Source of the DNA: a candidate division FCPU426 bacterium
GTDB taxonomy: Bacteria; Oederibacteriota; JAAXVQ01; JAUVAV01
NCBI GenBank assembly: GCA_040756875.1
Contig: JBFLYH010000002.1
Location: 991,078-1,055,077, forward strand
Direction of reading: 5' to 3'
Length of the DNA: 64,000 nt
The notes beneath the pieces were generated by a model. That model did not search any database. It was not told the DNA's origin and worked only from the letters and a program-made list of their open reading frames with translations. Shown one piece after another: positions 11,696 through 20,380 of this stretch. The translations under genes were made by a program, and so were the position numbers. The stretch's first letter is position 1; every line of letters begins with the position of its first letter.

Positions 11696-12792
11696 GCAGG
11701 GGAGCGGGCATCCGGATGCTGCTGGCCGCGGCCGCGTTTCTGGCCGCAGGCCCGGCGGCAAGGGCGCAGGACGGGAACACTCTGTCCGCGGCCTCCATAC
11801 CCGTGCTGTGCTATCATCGCTTCGGCGGGCACAACGCCCAGGACGCTTATTCGGTCACGCCCGAGGAATTCGCGGCGCAACTGGAAATGATCCAGGCCGA
11901 AGGCATGACCCCCGTTTCCCTGAGCAGCCTGGCCGCAGGGCTCAAGGGCGCGAGCCGACTGCCGGCCAAACCCGTGGTGATCACGGTGGACGACGGGTAC
12001 CGGGACTTCAACAAACACGCCCGGCCCCTGCTCGCGGCCAAGGGCTATGCGGCCGCCTTGTTCGTCTACCCCGCGTTCGTGGGCACCAAGCACGGCTTTT
12101 CGCGGCAGGACCTGGCCGAGCTGCAGGCCGCGGGCTTCGAGATCGGCTCGCACTCCGCGACGCACGCCTATCTGACGCGCCGTCCCGCGGGAGAAACGCC
12201 GGAAGCCCGGCAGGCGCGCCTGCAGGCCGAACTGGCGGGTTCGCGGGAAAAACTCAGGGAGTGGTCAGGCGGCGAAGTGCTGGCCCTGTCCTATCCCTAC
12301 GGCCTGTGGGACCAGGAAACGGCGGAGGCGGCGCAGGCCGCGGGGCATGAGTTGATGTTCACCGTGGATCCCGGGCCGAACGACGCGGCGACGCCCCGCT
12401 ATGCCTTGAAGCGCACCATGATCCTGCGCGGCCTCACGCCCGGCATTTTCCTCAGCATCCTGCGGGAGGCGCCCCTGCGCGTCGGCGGCTGGGAGCCGGC
12501 GCTCGGCGCGCGGGTGGCCGGGCCGCTCCTCAGGCTGACCTTCAGCCTGGACCCGGAGCAGAGCCAACGCCTTAAGCCGAACACCCTGGCCGTGACGCGC
12601 CAGAACCAGGCGCTGCCCCTGCGCTTCGACGCAGCGCGCGGCCGCTACGAAATCACGCTGCCCAAACCGTGGCAGCGCGGCACGGATTTGCTGATCCTGA
12701 CCGCGCGGGACCAAGGCAACCGCCGCCTGCGCGACAGCCGCCTGGTCATCGTGGACCCGGCAATGGAAGCGAAAGGACTCACAACCCCATGA
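11692..12792 (+). CDS. Secreted polysaccharide deacetylase (NodB/CE4) with C-terminal Ig-like extension
   Basis: Signal peptide; PVLCYHRF, ITVDDGY, IGSHSATH, SYPYG. Confidence 0.88.
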   Translation: MSRGAGIRMLLAAAAFLAAGPAARAQDGNTLSAASIPVLCYHRFGGHNAQDAYSVTPEEFAAQLEMIQAEGMTPVSLSSLAAGLKGASRLPAKPVVITVDDGYRDFNKHARPLLAAKGYAAALFVYPAFVGTKHGFSRQDLAELQAAGFEIGSHSATHAYLTRRPAGETPEARQARLQAELAGSREKLREWSGGEVLALSYPYGLWDQETAEAAQAAGHELMFTVDPGPNDAATPRYALKRTMILRGLTPGIFLSILREAPLRVGGWEPALGARVAGPLLRLTFSLDPEQSQRLKPNTLAVTRQNQALPLRFDAARGRYEITLPKPWQRGTDLLILTARDQGNRRLRDSRLVIVDPAMEAKGLTTP

Positions 12793-13520
12793 CCGTCAAA
12801 CCCAAAGACCGCCTGTTCATCGCCCTGGATGTGGATGATTTGAAGGCCGCGGACCATCTTATGAGCCGCATGCAGGGCGTGGTGTCACAGTACAAGCTGG
12901 GCGCGCAGCTGCTCACGGCCGCCGGACCGGAGGCCGTGATGCACGTGCGCCGCCGCGGCTTCGGCGTCTTTTACGACGCCAAGTTCCACGACATCCCGCG
13001 CACGGTCGGCGCGTCCGTGGCCGCGGCCTGCCGCATCGGCGCCACCATCGTCAACGTGCACGCCGGCGGCGGCAAGGACATGATGGCCGCCGCAGCCCAG
13101 GCGGCCCGCGACGTGGCGCACAAACTGCGCCAGCCCCGCACCCTGGTGCTGGGCGTGACCGTGCTGACGTCGCTCACCCAGGCCAACCTGACCCGGGAGC
13201 TGGGCGTGCGGCGCCGCCTGCAGTCGCAGGTGGTGCAGCTCGCGCGCCTGGCGAAAGCCTCGGGATTGGACGGCGTGGTCGCCAGCCCGCAGGAGATCGC
13301 GGCCGTGCGCCGGGCCTGCGGCCGGGATTTCGTGATCCTCACACCGGGCATCCGGCCGGCCGGGGCCAGCCTCAATGACCAGAAACGCACCCTGACCCCG
13401 GGCCAGGCCATGGCCGCGGGCGCCGATTACCTGGTGGTCGGCCGTCCGGTGTACGAGGCGCGCGACCCGCTGGCCGTGGTGCGGTCCATTTTCAGCGAAA
13501 TGGAGGAGTTCATGCGATGA
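12789..13520 (+). CDS. pyrF: Orotidine-5'-phosphate decarboxylase
   Basis: IALD, DAKFHDIP.TV, VTVLTS, TPGIRP, DQKR, VVGRP. Confidence 0.97.
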   Translation: MTVKPKDRLFIALDVDDLKAADHLMSRMQGVVSQYKLGAQLLTAAGPEAVMHVRRRGFGVFYDAKFHDIPRTVGASVAAACRIGATIVNVHAGGGKDMMAAAAQAARDVAHKLRQPRTLVLGVTVLTSLTQANLTRELGVRRRLQSQVVQLARLAKASGLDGVVASPQEIAAVRRACGRDFVILTPGIRPAGASLNDQKRTLTPGQAMAAGADYLVVGRPVYEARDPLAVVRSIFSEMEEFMR

Positions 13521-14110
13521 CACCCGCGCAAGTGCAAACCCTGTTCGAAGAGTCCGGCGCCCTGCTCAGCGGGCACTTCCAGCTGACCTCGGGCAACCAT
13601 TCCAACCGCTACCTGCAGTGCGCCCTGGTCACCCAGCATCCGGGGCATGCCGCGAGCCTGGCCGACGCCCTGGCCGGACGGTTCAAGGACCAGGACGTGG
13701 ACGTGGTCCTGGGCCCGGCCGTGGGCGGCATCGTGCTGGCCCAGGAAGTGGCGCAAGCCCTGTACCGCCAGGGTCGCCGGCAGGTGCGCGCCATTTTTTG
13801 CGAACGCGTGGACGGCCGCATGGCCCTGCGCCGCGGGTTTTCGCTCTCGTCCGGGGAACGGGTGCTGGCCGTGGAGGACGTGGTGACCACCGGCGGTTCG
13901 GTGCAGGAAGCCGTGGCCCTGGCCCAGGCCGCGGGCTGCACGGTGGTCGGCGTGGGCTGCCTGGTGGACCGCAGCTCCGCGCCGCCGCAACTCGGCGCGC
14001 CCCTGGTCTCGCTGCTCAAGGTGAACGCCGATTTGTTTCCGCCGGACAACTGCCCCTTGTGCCGACAGGGCCTGCCGGCCATCAAGCCCGGCAGCCGGGG
14101 ATTAAAATGA
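13517..14110 (+). CDS. pyrE: Orotate phosphoribosyltransferase
   Basis: GHFQLTSGNHS.RYLQC, GPAVGG, VEDVVTTGGS, C-terminal CPLC..PGSR. Confidence 0.96.
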   Translation: MTPAQVQTLFEESGALLSGHFQLTSGNHSNRYLQCALVTQHPGHAASLADALAGRFKDQDVDVVLGPAVGGIVLAQEVAQALYRQGRRQVRAIFCERVDGRMALRRGFSLSSGERVLAVEDVVTTGGSVQEAVALAQAAGCTVVGVGCLVDRSSAPPQLGAPLVSLLKVNADLFPPDNCPLCRQGLPAIKPGSRGLK

Positions 14111-14117
14111 AAGGGAT

Positions 14118-14234
14118 GGGTCGAAGATTCACCCTAGGGCGGACGGCGGTTTGCTCTGCAAACCGCCTCGGATCGAAAAATCCCCTTGCCAATGCGGTTT
14201 TTCTCAACGCCGCCTGCGGGTGAATCTTCGACCC
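14118..14234. mobile_element. 117-bp MITE/REPIN-like element with 17-bp perfect terminal inverted repeats and an internal hairpin
   Basis: GGGTCGAAGATTCACCC (14118-14134) and GGGTGAATCTTCGACCC (14218-14234); internal GGCGGTTTGC-TCT-GCAAACCGCC; no obvious target duplication. Confidence 0.5.
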
Positions 14235-14284
14235 GTGTTGGGTGTGATGAGAAGGATGTTACACAAACCGCAAGGAGCAATGAC

Positions 14285-15202
14285 ATGCCTTCCCGCATGA
14301 AGAGCGCGCTCTGGTACCTGGCGCTCACGTTCATCCTCAGCTGGAGCTTGGTGGGCGTTGCGTTCTACGGGCTCAAACTCCACCTCAACCAAGGCGCCGG
14401 GCTGGCGGTCGCGGTCCTTTATATGTTCATGCCCCTGTGCGCGGTTGTCCTCGTGCGCAAATTCATCCTGCGCCAGCCTGTCCGGGAAGCGCTGGGCCTG
14501 TCCTTCAAGCTCAATGCCTGGTGGCTTGTGGCCTGGCTGCTGCCGCTGGTTTTAAGCGTGGGCGCCTTGTTCGCTTCACTCCTGGTCCCGGGCGTGGAAT
14601 GGTCCTGGTCCATGGAGGGGATGATCCAGCGCTTTGGCAGCCAGTTGACGCCGGCCCAGATCGAAGCTATGCGCCAGCAAACCGCGGCTTTGCCCTTGCA
14701 TCCCTTGTGGCTGGGGATGATCCAGGGGCTCCTGGCCGGCGTAACGGTCAATGCCGTGGCCGGGTTCGGCGAGGAAGCCGGGTGGCGGGGCCTCCTGCAG
14801 CGCGACCTGCAATTCTTGGGATTCTGGCGCTCATCCATCTTCATCGGGCTGGTTTGGGGCATCTGGCACGTGCCGATCATTCTGCTGGGCCACAATTATC
14901 CCCAGCATCCTCGCGAAGGCGCTTTTTACATGGCGTATTTCACCATTTTAATGGCCCCCTTGTTCGCTTATATCCGCGCCCGCACCCGCTCCGTGGTGGC
15001 CGCGGCCGTCATGCACGGCACGCTCAATGCCGTGGCAGGCATTTCCTTCATGACCCTGGCGGGCGGGAGCGATTTGTCCGTGGGCCTGACCGGCCTGGCC
15101 GGCCTGGCGGTGCTGGCCGGCGCCAACGGCCTGCTGTGGGTGTACGACCGGTGGTTGAGCAAAGACCCGCTGATTCCGAATTACAGAACCTGGGTTTTCT
15201 AG
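14285..15202 (+). CDS. CPBP (CAAX/Abi) intramembrane glutamic endopeptidase
   Basis: SD AAGGAG; GEEAGWRG, WGIWH.P, MHGTLN motifs; multiple TM helices. Confidence 0.9.
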   Translation: MPSRMKSALWYLALTFILSWSLVGVAFYGLKLHLNQGAGLAVAVLYMFMPLCAVVLVRKFILRQPVREALGLSFKLNAWWLVAWLLPLVLSVGALFASLLVPGVEWSWSMEGMIQRFGSQLTPAQIEAMRQQTAALPLHPLWLGMIQGLLAGVTVNAVAGFGEEAGWRGLLQRDLQFLGFWRSSIFIGLVWGIWHVPIILLGHNYPQHPREGAFYMAYFTILMAPLFAYIRARTRSVVAAAVMHGTLNAVAGISFMTLAGGSDLSVGLTGLAGLAVLAGANGLLWVYDRWLSKDPLIPNYRTWVF

Positions 15203-15210
15203 GGGAGAAA

Positions 15211-15732
15211 ATGGAACCTTGGTTGTACGCTGCTTTGTTGGCTGTGCACAATCTCGTGCTGGTGATTTTCGGCGGCGGGATGTTCAGCGTCTGGCTCTTG
15301 AACCGGAAGCGTTCGGATTACGACCGGACGTCCCTGCACCCGGGCGACCATTTGCTCGAAGCATCAATGATCGCCCATCCGGACGGCTACTTGCGTGGCC
15401 TGATCATGCTCGCGCTCACGGGCGGCGGCATGCCCCTGGTCCACTTTCTTTATCACGGCCACATCAAGCCGCAGACCGCGGTCTCCTGGTCCGCTTTCGG
15501 GTTTAAAGGCGTGCTGGTGACCGTGCTTTTTGTCGTGCTGATCCGGTGGCTGAAGCAGGTCGAACTCCCGCTGGGCCGGGCTTACGCCGAAGCCAAGGCT
15601 GCGCCCACGCCCGCGAACTGCCAGCGCTACTTCGAGCTCTCGGCCCGGCGCACGCGCTGGTGCCTATGGGGCTGGGTGGTGGCCCTGCTGGTGCTGCTGG
15701 TCACGCCGCTGGTGACTTTTTTCCAGGGCTGA
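15211..15732 (+). CDS. Hypothetical membrane protein (about 4 TM)
   Basis: SD GGGGAG, ATG at 15211; four hydrophobic segments; no recognised motif. Confidence 0.7.
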   Translation: MEPWLYAALLAVHNLVLVIFGGGMFSVWLLNRKRSDYDRTSLHPGDHLLEASMIAHPDGYLRGLIMLALTGGGMPLVHFLYHGHIKPQTAVSWSAFGFKGVLVTVLFVVLIRWLKQVELPLGRAYAEAKAAPTPANCQRYFELSARRTRWCLWGWVVALLVLLVTPLVTFFQG

Positions 15733-15814
15733 GCGTGACGGCAATCTATAAATGATTGAGTTTGGCCCGGACCCGGTGTAAAATAAGCTCAACTTCACGA
15801 CGCCGGGGGGACTT

Positions 15815-16222
15815 ATGCGACGCTATCTCAACATTCTGGAAGAGAAAAACGATCCCCGCCACATCGAGGAATACCTCGGCGCCTTCAGCGAGAGCCTCAA
15901 ACTCATCCTGCAGCAAAATCCGGTGGAGCGCATGGGGCACGCCGTGCTCCTGGCCGCGAAAACCGCCATGCGGCTCAAGGCCGCGGAACCCCGCTTGCGC
16001 GAACATGAAATCGCCAACCGCCTGCAGTTCATCGCCCGCAACATCCGCCTGACCACTATTCTCAAGGACCTGACTCCCGAGGAGAAACGCATTCTCAAGC
16101 TGCATCCGAGCAATCACAACGCTCCGGTCTCCAAACCGCGGCGCAAGCCGGCGGCTTCCTCCGGTGTGATTCCCCGCGGCGTCCGCAAGAGATCACAAAG
16201 GAGTAAGCCGCGGGGACGCTGA
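15815..16222 (+). CDS. Hypothetical protein with basic C-terminal tail
   Basis: SD GGGGGA; host-like codon usage; helical core plus R/K-rich tail. Confidence 0.65.
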   Translation: MRRYLNILEEKNDPRHIEEYLGAFSESLKLILQQNPVERMGHAVLLAAKTAMRLKAAEPRLREHEIANRLQFIARNIRLTTILKDLTPEEKRILKLHPSNHNAPVSKPRRKPAASSGVIPRGVRKRSQRSKPRGR

Positions 16223-16298
16223 ATGTCACACCCCGAACCTGTCATCCTCCCTCCGAATCCCCGATGCATACTGCGAGGCGCTGGTGAAGGGGTGAAAC

Positions 16299-17624
16299 GT
16301 GCCTGAATCTTTCTCCGCCAGACAATTAATCGGTTGCGCCCTGGCTATCGGGCTGCTGCTTACAGGCTGCCGCGGCGCCACCCAGGCCCCGGCCTGGTCC
16401 CAGCGCTCCCTGATCGCCGGCCCTGAAATCCTCGTCCGTCTCTGGCGCAAAACCCCCTTCACGCAAGTGCAGCTCTCCTGGGACGGCACGCCGCTGCTGG
16501 CGGTGGATGCCAACGGAGAAATCATCCCCCTGCCGCAGGTCAACCGGCTCTATTTCTACCAGCGCGGCGAGCAGGTGGCCCTGGCATTCAAAGCCGGCCG
16601 CAAGGCGGCCCGCGAAGCCCAGGCGTACTCCTCGCTGGTGCTGCGGGTCCCGGGATCCGAGGTCAAGGCGTTCACGGTGTTGATCCCGGAATACGGCCGG
16701 CGGCGCAACTACGGCGCCCAAGCCGTGAGCCTGTCCGTGAAATACGGGCACTTGGCGCTGATCAACCATCTGCCGCTGGAAATGTACCTGGCGCGCGTGC
16801 TGCCCGAGGAAATGGATCCGGAGCATTTCACGCTGGAGGCGCTCAAAGCCCAGGCCGTGGTGGCGCGCACCTGGTCCCTGACCAATCTCAACCGGCACGC
16901 CCGCTATGGGTATCATTTTTGCGACGGGCCCCACTGCCAGGCCTACCGCGGCCGCAAGCGGGTGTCCGGCCGGGCCGAGGACGCGGTGAAGATGACCCTG
17001 GGCGAAGTGGTGCTCTCCGGCGGCGAGCCGGCCGAGGCGTTTTACCACAGCACCTGCGGGGGCAACACGGCGTTCGTGGAAGACGTATGGCCCGGGGCCC
17101 GGCTTCCGTATCTGAGGCGCGTCGAGGACCGCTTCCGCCCCGGTCAGCGCGCCTACTGCGCCCATTCCCCCTATTCACGCTGGACGCTGTGGACTTCGCT
17201 CCGGCACGTGGAGCGGGTATTGAAACGCCGCCAGGCGATCGCCGCCGAAACCAATCTGCTGGACGTCAAAGTGGACGCGGTCAACCGTTCCGGCCGCGTG
17301 CTCAGGATTTGGCTGGCCACAGACCGCGGCGAATTGACACTGGGCGGGGAGTCCTTTCGCGCGTGGCTGAACGAGGAGTTCGGGCGAAAGCTCCTGAGCA
17401 CGTTTTATTCCATCAGGGTGGAGGACGGGCAGTTTAAGCTGGAGGGGAAAGGCCTGGGACACGGGGTCGGCATGTGCCAATGGGGCGCCCGGGGCATGGC
17501 CCAGCTCGGTTTTTCCTACCAGGACATCCTACAGCATTACTTTCCGGGGACCACGATCGGCCGGTTCGAGGGGGCGGCCGTGGAACCCGGGGCGACCACG
17601 GTGAATTCGCACGCCGGGAAGTAG
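16299..17624 (+). CDS. SpoIID/LytB-domain protein (peptidoglycan lytic transglycosylase-like), probable lipoprotein
   Basis: LLTGC lipobox; LE.YL..VLPEEM, EALKAQAVVART, CQAYRG, YHSTCGG, GHGVGMCQWGA, ILQHYFPG. Confidence 0.9.
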   Translation: MPESFSARQLIGCALAIGLLLTGCRGATQAPAWSQRSLIAGPEILVRLWRKTPFTQVQLSWDGTPLLAVDANGEIIPLPQVNRLYFYQRGEQVALAFKAGRKAAREAQAYSSLVLRVPGSEVKAFTVLIPEYGRRRNYGAQAVSLSVKYGHLALINHLPLEMYLARVLPEEMDPEHFTLEALKAQAVVARTWSLTNLNRHARYGYHFCDGPHCQAYRGRKRVSGRAEDAVKMTLGEVVLSGGEPAEAFYHSTCGGNTAFVEDVWPGARLPYLRRVEDRFRPGQRAYCAHSPYSRWTLWTSLRHVERVLKRRQAIAAETNLLDVKVDAVNRSGRVLRIWLATDRGELTLGGESFRAWLNEEFGRKLLSTFYSIRVEDGQFKLEGKGLGHGVGMCQWGARGMAQLGFSYQDILQHYFPGTTIGRFEGAAVEPGATTVNSHAGK

Positions 17625-19789
17625 CGGGGCGTGCGGGTTACCTGCAGGGGCGAACGCGAACGGCGGGCCGATCCCATGGGCGCCACTTTCAGGTTCACCT
17701 GATACCGGCCGGCCGGAAGGCCCGGCGGCACTGCCAGCTGATAAATTTCCTCCAGATTGCCGGGCGCGTAGGCCCACGAGGGCGGGGGCCAGTAACCCAG
17801 GCGCCGGACCGCTTTCCAGGGCCGGCGCAGGGTTCCGGAAACGGACGGCTGGATCCAAAAATACACCACCCATTGTTCGCCGTTGGGCGCGGGCAGAAAT
17901 TGCCAGCGCAAGGAAACAGTCAGCACGGAATCCAAACCCTCCGAAGCGGCCGGCGGCTGCACGCCGGCTGCCACCAGGCGCATGGGTCCTGCCGTCTCCA
18001 GCGGAGACGGGGTTTTGGCCGGGCCCAGGCCTGATTCGCCCCAGACCGGGCCGCGGGCCACGGGAAACGGTTCAACGTGATAGGCTGAAAACCGCCGGTT
18101 GGTTCCGTCCGGGCCGTTCACTAAATAGCCTCCATCCTCCATTGCCAATAATCTGAAGCTTTGCAGAAAGTATTCCCAAGCCGGAGAGGACAGTTTGGGC
18201 CTGGCCAAGACCACCACCGGTTTTCCCGCCGACACCTGTTGGCCGAGTTCCCGGTTCCAGGCGGCCCATTTGCGCCAGGCCTTGCCTTTTTCCGCAGCGC
18301 GGGCGCCGGCGGCAGCCGGCCAGGGTTTGGACAGAGGTTGCAGCAGCAAATCCGGACGCACGCCTTTGCGGGTTTGCAGCAACAAAGGCAGCAGCCCCTG
18401 CTGCATGTCCGGAAAAACCACGATGGCGGATTCGGGCAGGCTTTTCATCCCGCGGCCGACTTCGTCCACGTCGGAAATCCGGGGGCCGGATGCCGCTTCC
18501 GGCCATCCCTGCAGCAACATCAGCACCGGGGCCAGGGCCACCAGGCTCATGCCGATCCAGGTGGGCTTGAGACGCATGCCCAGGCTCAAGCGGTGGTCGC
18601 CCTGCCCCAGCACGGTCAGGACATACTGCAGGGCTTCCAAACCCAGCCAGGGGCCGGCCATGGCCAGCCCCAGCATCACGTCCTCGCTTTGCCGCAGGGG
18701 CAGCAGCAGCAAACCCGCCAGGGAACAGACGATCAGAAGCGCCAGGAACTGGCGTCCCGGCAGGTTGATTTCCTCGGTTACGCGCAGCGGGGTTTTGAGA
18801 AACAACCGGCGCAGGTTGGCGGCCAGCCCCAGGCCGGCCAAGGCCCAGGAAAAAACGGGAAAATGCCGCAGCCAGACGGACCAGACCGTCGACCAAGGTC
18901 CCTGCGGGGCAGCAGGGGGGGACCCGTGCGACTGGAGCTGGGTCAGGAAGCCCTGCCAGGCGTGAAGGTTCAGGGCCGGGCCGAGCGGCTGGAAATGATC
19001 CGTGTTGATGAAGACGTGATCCGCAGTCAAGCGCAGGGGCAGGTACAGATAGGGCAGCAAGGCGCCAACCAGGGCCGCGGCCACGGCCTGGCCGTACATC
19101 CAGGCCTGCACGCGTTGGCGGGGGAGCCCCAGCACCAACCCCAGGAGCAGGGCCGAGGCTGCCCAAGGAAGCAAGCCCAGGGATTGGGAAGCCGTGGCGC
19201 CCAATAAAGCGGCCCAGGCCGTGAGGCGCCAGACGGACACCGGGTGACGGCCGGGCGTGAGCAGACCCAGCGTTAAGTACACGCCAACAGCCAACAGCCA
19301 AAGGTGGAAGGACATCGGGCCGATGCGCAAGCCGGCCTGCCAGACCGGAAAAAACCAAAAACAGGACAAAGCCGTGGCCAGGGAGACGAAGGGCGGAAAC
19401 AACAGGCGGCGCGCGATCAAATAAACGAACAGGCAGGTTCCGGAGCCGAACAGCAGGCTGAGCAGGCGGTACCGCCACAGCTCTTCGCCCAAGGGCAGCA
19501 CGACGGACAGGAACTTGGCGCTGAGCAGATACAACGGATAGCCCGGAAAACGGACCACGCCCAGCGTGCTCGCGCCCAGCACCCATTCGGCCTGGCCGCC
19601 GGCCCACGAGCTTGTGGCCAGCCAGGGCCAGGAAGTCAGCAAGGGCAGGAAAAAAGCCAGCAGGCCGAACCAGCCGTCGGGTTTAAGGAAGAAAATCGTC
19701 TGATCCACCCGTTCCGGGCGAGAGGGTGCGTACACGAGCAGCAAGCCTCCGCGGAGCCTGAGCCGGTGACGGCGTACGCTCCAGAGCAT
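17537..19789 (-). CDS. DUF2723/TMEM260-like GT-C membrane protein (possibly degenerate); start uncertain
   Basis: LGVVRFPGYPLY resembles the LGxxHPPGYPLY motif; YLYLPLR; many TM helices; C-terminal Ig-like beta domain (LPAGRYQVNL). Confidence 0.7.
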   Translation of the reverse strand: MLWSVRRHRLRLRGGLLLVYAPSRPERVDQTIFFLKPDGWFGLLAFFLPLLTSWPWLATSSWAGGQAEWVLGASTLGVVRFPGYPLYLLSAKFLSVVLPLGEELWRYRLLSLLFGSGTCLFVYLIARRLLFPPFVSLATALSCFWFFPVWQAGLRIGPMSFHLWLLAVGVYLTLGLLTPGRHPVSVWRLTAWAALLGATASQSLGLLPWAASALLLGLVLGLPRQRVQAWMYGQAVAAALVGALLPYLYLPLRLTADHVFINTDHFQPLGPALNLHAWQGFLTQLQSHGSPPAAPQGPWSTVWSVWLRHFPVFSWALAGLGLAANLRRLFLKTPLRVTEEINLPGRQFLALLIVCSLAGLLLLPLRQSEDVMLGLAMAGPWLGLEALQYVLTVLGQGDHRLSLGMRLKPTWIGMSLVALAPVLMLLQGWPEAASGPRISDVDEVGRGMKSLPESAIVVFPDMQQGLLPLLLQTRKGVRPDLLLQPLSKPWPAAAGARAAEKGKAWRKWAAWNRELGQQVSAGKPVVVLARPKLSSPAWEYFLQSFRLLAMEDGGYLVNGPDGTNRRFSAYHVEPFPVARGPVWGESGLGPAKTPSPLETAGPMRLVAAGVQPPAASEGLDSVLTVSLRWQFLPAPNGEQWVVYFWIQPSVSGTLRRPWKAVRRLGYWPPPSWAYAPGNLEEIYQLAVPPGLPAGRYQVNLKVAPMGSARRSRSPLQVTRTPRYFPACEFTVVAPGSTAAPSNRPIVVPGK

Positions 19790-19813
19790 TTAAAGCAGAC
19801 AGGGTGATTCGAG

Positions 19814-19870
19814 AGCAGACAGCAGCAAGGTGAAAGGGCAGCCACTGCGTTCACCTTGCTGCTGTCTGCT
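19814..19870. repeat. 21-bp perfect inverted repeat (long hairpin)
   Basis: AGCAGACAGCAGCAAGGTGAA-15nt-TTCACCTTGCTGCTGTCTGCT. Confidence 0.85.
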
Positions 19871-20072
19871 TATATTGTATCTGATTCACTGTCCGAGTGC
19901 CGGATGGCGCTCAGTCCGATTATACCCGCCCGGCGCCTTGAGCCAAGCATTAAGTTGCTGGACGCCCATTTTTCTTCTCTATCTCGCCGCAAGCCGGAGG
20001 CAGGGCAGGGACGGGAGCCGGGTCTGACGAAAATCATTCATTTAAGCTGGTCGGCGTCAAAGGCTTTAAAAG

Positions 20073-20101
20073 TTGACAAGGCCATGACCCCCGACTATAA
20101 T
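20073..20101 (+). promoter_or_regulatory. Perfect consensus sigma70 promoter upstream of the glycosylation cluster
   Basis: TTGACA (20073-20078), 17 nt, TATAAT (20096-20101). Confidence 0.9.
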
Positions 20102-20136
20102 TGCACCAATTGTATTAAATTTTAGGCTTTTTCTGA

Positions 20137-20309
20137 CCCTCGGTCTGTTCCGCCCTACCCGAACGAACGGGTTCCCGCAAGTTATCCCGCAACGCCGAAG
20201 ACCTTGGGTATGCCAGGGTATAAAGGCGTCATCAAGCGTTGCGGGATGTCGCCTGCCACTTGGCCGACGACGCGAGGATGTTTAGTTATACCCCGGGCTT
20301 CGCCCGGGG
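20137..20309 (+). ncRNA. Candidate structured RNA / cis-regulatory leader
   Basis: Nested helices: CCTCG(20138)/CGAGG(20277) outer stem, 12-bp ATCCCGCAACGC/GCGTTGCGGGAT, ACCTTGG/CCAGGGT, ACCCG/CGGGT, then CCCCGGGC-TTC-GCCCGGGG hairpin. Confidence 0.45.
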
Positions 20310-20380
20310 GCTCTATATATATAATGTAGGCGTGGGCTTGGCACGGGAATGGCTTTGACACAGGAAGGGGATTCGCGCTG

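Noticed and set aside
20130-20280. Leader as a known riboswitch (c-di-AMP, cobalamin, c-di-GMP)
   Set aside because: Only short fragments resemble the consensus motifs and key conserved elements are missing; kept as an unassigned structured RNA candidate.
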